64,000 bases of DNA from Callorhinchus milii (Eukaryota). Shown piece by piece: positions 61,411 to 64,000 of the stretch. The DNA lies in NCBI RefSeq assembly GCF_018977255.1, contig NW_024704743.1, forward strand, positions 33,854,001 through 33,918,000. Reading direction: 5' to 3'. Position numbers and translations under genes: made by a program. How positions within the stretch are numbered: position 1 is the stretch's first letter; each line of letters begins with the position of its first letter. The notes under the pieces are model-generated. The model searched no databases, was not told the origin of the DNA, and saw only the letters and a list, made by a program, of their open reading frames with translations.

Positions 61411-64000
61411 AATTAATAAGAAAGTTACAACAGAAGAACTAATTATTCCAAATAATCAAACTGTCTATTTGAAGATTTGTTAAGTATTGGATAACTGACT
61501 ACTATTTTTCTCCTGGGACTCTAGGGTCAAAAGCAATTTTTTAATTTTAAAAAAGCACATATAATCAGTAGAATCAGTAGCTAGCATATTGAAACAACCA
61601 TCTTTTGTACTAAGCTGTGTAATTGTGCCAGAGATAATTACTATTAAGATATTTTGCTAAAACTTAATTTCCTGCTGTTTTATTTATTGCAAACCTCACT
61701 AGTTGCCATTTACCAGCACATCTGAGAAAACAAATTGGTGCTTGTTCATTGATTTATCGCTTGTGGTGTAACTGATAGCATTGATAGGAGTGGAGAAAAT
61801 CATACATCTACTATCTGTAGCTGGAAGAATGCAATGAAGCCTTATGTTCCAGGATGACTATTCTGAGCAGGTGAATATAGTAATTAGAGAAGGCTATTTA
61901 CCTATTGAGCTTGTTCCACTATTGTATTAGATATATTAACCCCCATTACCCTTTTCTCATATCCCTTAATACTCTTACTTCCAAGCATAGAATTAATATT
62001 TATCTCCATTTAAACATCTTAATCGATTCTACTTCTGAAACCAACCTCTTTTCTGGGTGCCTGAGCTGCGAGGGTAGCCAATTACTCCTTGACCAAACTG
62101 GCTCCTTTTTTTGAATAGTACCTGTCGATCTTTAACATCCATCTGAAAAGGTAAACAGGAGCTCAGTTTATTGCCCAATTTGTTGATTACATTTTCTGTG
62201 TAGAATCTGAACATTGAGCATTTCCCACATTGATTGTTCGCTTCATGGCTGTTTGTGGGACATTGATGTGTGCAAATTGGCTGCCTCGTTTGCCTACAAA
62301 ATACAGCTAAGCAACTAAACTGCGCATGATCGTCAAGTGTTCACCTGCTTCAGTTGGTAGCACTCTCGCCTCTGAGTCAAAAAGGAGTGGGTTCACTTCT
62401 CAGCGCAAACTGGCTGCTACGTTCGCCTACAAAATACGGTCACTACACTTTACAGTACATCCTGTGAAGCGCTTTGCGATGTCCTCCCGATGTGAAGGGC
62501 ACAAAATCAATTGTAAGAATTATTATTATTTTATTATAGCGGATGCAGCCAACACTCTTTACAAATATTTTACTATGGTTCACACTCAGCTGAGTTACGC
62601 TACTCTTCTCTGTCATTTCTCCCTCAGCTCTTCTTTATATTTACATAATATGGGAATAACAAGTGGCGATGGATTTAATAGATCATTCAGAAGGATGAAA
62701 ATCTTATCTATTTGGTGAAACTGCTGGTTGCAGAATCCAAGCTTTATAGAGAAAATTACGTTTCCTCAGGATTGACAACATTTTCAAGCATAAAAGTCTG
62801 CAAAGTGAACTGCTCATGTGTAACCACCTGGTCAGTAATTATGAGAACTGCTATAAAGAAACACTATGATTAGTTTTGGTGGATAGTTGTTTTCAAAGCT
62901 GTGCATGTGTGGTAAAGTAAGAACCGTACAAGCAGATCAAATGGAAAGCCTGAAGATTGCAATCTGTTTTACAAACTGGCCTTTCTGCCATCCCTTTAAA
63001 GCGGAAACACCTCACAGTATAGCAATGTAAGGTAGGCAATCCAATTTTGGCTCCCTGTTCCACATCCCATCATATCACTTCGGGGCTGTTTGTGGAACAT
63101 TGCTGTGCGCTTACTCTTTGACTACAAAATGCACAGTTACTACACATCACAGTAAATCTCTGCTGGTCTGGGACCAGGCCTAGGGCTCATGACCAGCCCG
63201 AAGTTGGTTAATGTTTAGAATGGGAGAAGGGGTTGTTGTGAGTGCGTGGATCTGTAAGAGGAGTGGCAGACACCCAGGTGCTTGCACCCCTCTGTGGTTG
63301 TGGTGTTACTAGTATGGATTAATAATAATAATCCTTGCATTTGATATAACGCCTTGTCGGGTCTTCGAGACATTTCATAGTGCTTGAAAACCGAGAAGAA
63401 AGTAAGCCCGTGTTGGTGTCATATGAGAGTCTCTGTGTGTCCGTATCCACCTGGGGGGGGGGTGGGGGGTCTGCTCCACACAATCTTTAAATCTGCACCT
63501 TAAGATCTAGCTCTTCAACCCTGTCTATGATCACCTCCTCCCTCCCTCTTCTTCCTAGCTCAGCGCCCAACTCCGCCACTGTACTACACGCCAAGATACG
63601 ATCCTGCATGAAAAGTGCTACATAAATCCAAGTTGTTGTTGTTACATAAGAAATGTCAAACAACAAAAATGTCCATTGCCATTGCCTGTTTACGGTTACT
63701 CCTCCTGAGCTTATATCAGTTTCTGTCTCTAAAACCAACTTAGCACCATGTGAATAGGCCTGAGAATTTGGGTCCTTGTTCCAAGCACCTTATTAAAGGT
63801 TCACTTATGAACCTATCTTGCATTACCTGCACTGCTCCTTCCCTCAGGGACCCACCAGAAAAGCTCAACTTGCTACTGGACCTATTGTAGAGCATCTCCC
63901 CAACAATCAATACCCACCCATCCAATAACAGCCTTTTGGCACCAAAATAGTTTTAATTTCAGGCGTGTTATTTGGCCCTTATTTGAAACATCCAGTGGAG

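Overview
AT-rich vertebrate genomic DNA, mostly intronic or intergenic and dense in retroposon debris. The repeats are L2 and CR1 LINE fragments, tRNA-derived CORE-type and Deu-type SINEs with L2-like tails, and a palindromic Penelope-type element; this repeat set suggests a cartilaginous fish (inference). The only gene I recognise is dysbindin (DTNBP1) on the minus strand, with two intact internal exons matching human exon 4 (14597-14657) and exon 5 (8854-8986). Exons 1-3 and an intact exon 6 were not found. A decayed, frameshifted copy of exon 6 lies out of order, upstream of exon 4, and occurs twice (25777-25907 and 38557-38687) because it sits in a near-identical ~10.3 kb duplicated block (18351-28611 / 31111-41418). 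The first copy plus its L2 flank is a circular permutation of the second, which indicates either a circular-intermediate duplication or an assembly/haplotype artefact. Intron 4 holds a ~1.77 kb element with terminal inverted repeats whose subterminal units carry NRF1-, ZNF143- and ETS-like motifs, and a hairpin element flanked by a target-site duplication (TSD) just upstream of exon 5. Nearly all ORFs in the supplied track are spurious or LINE-derived. Comparisons with human DTNBP1 and with repeat consensus sequences are from memory; no database search was run.
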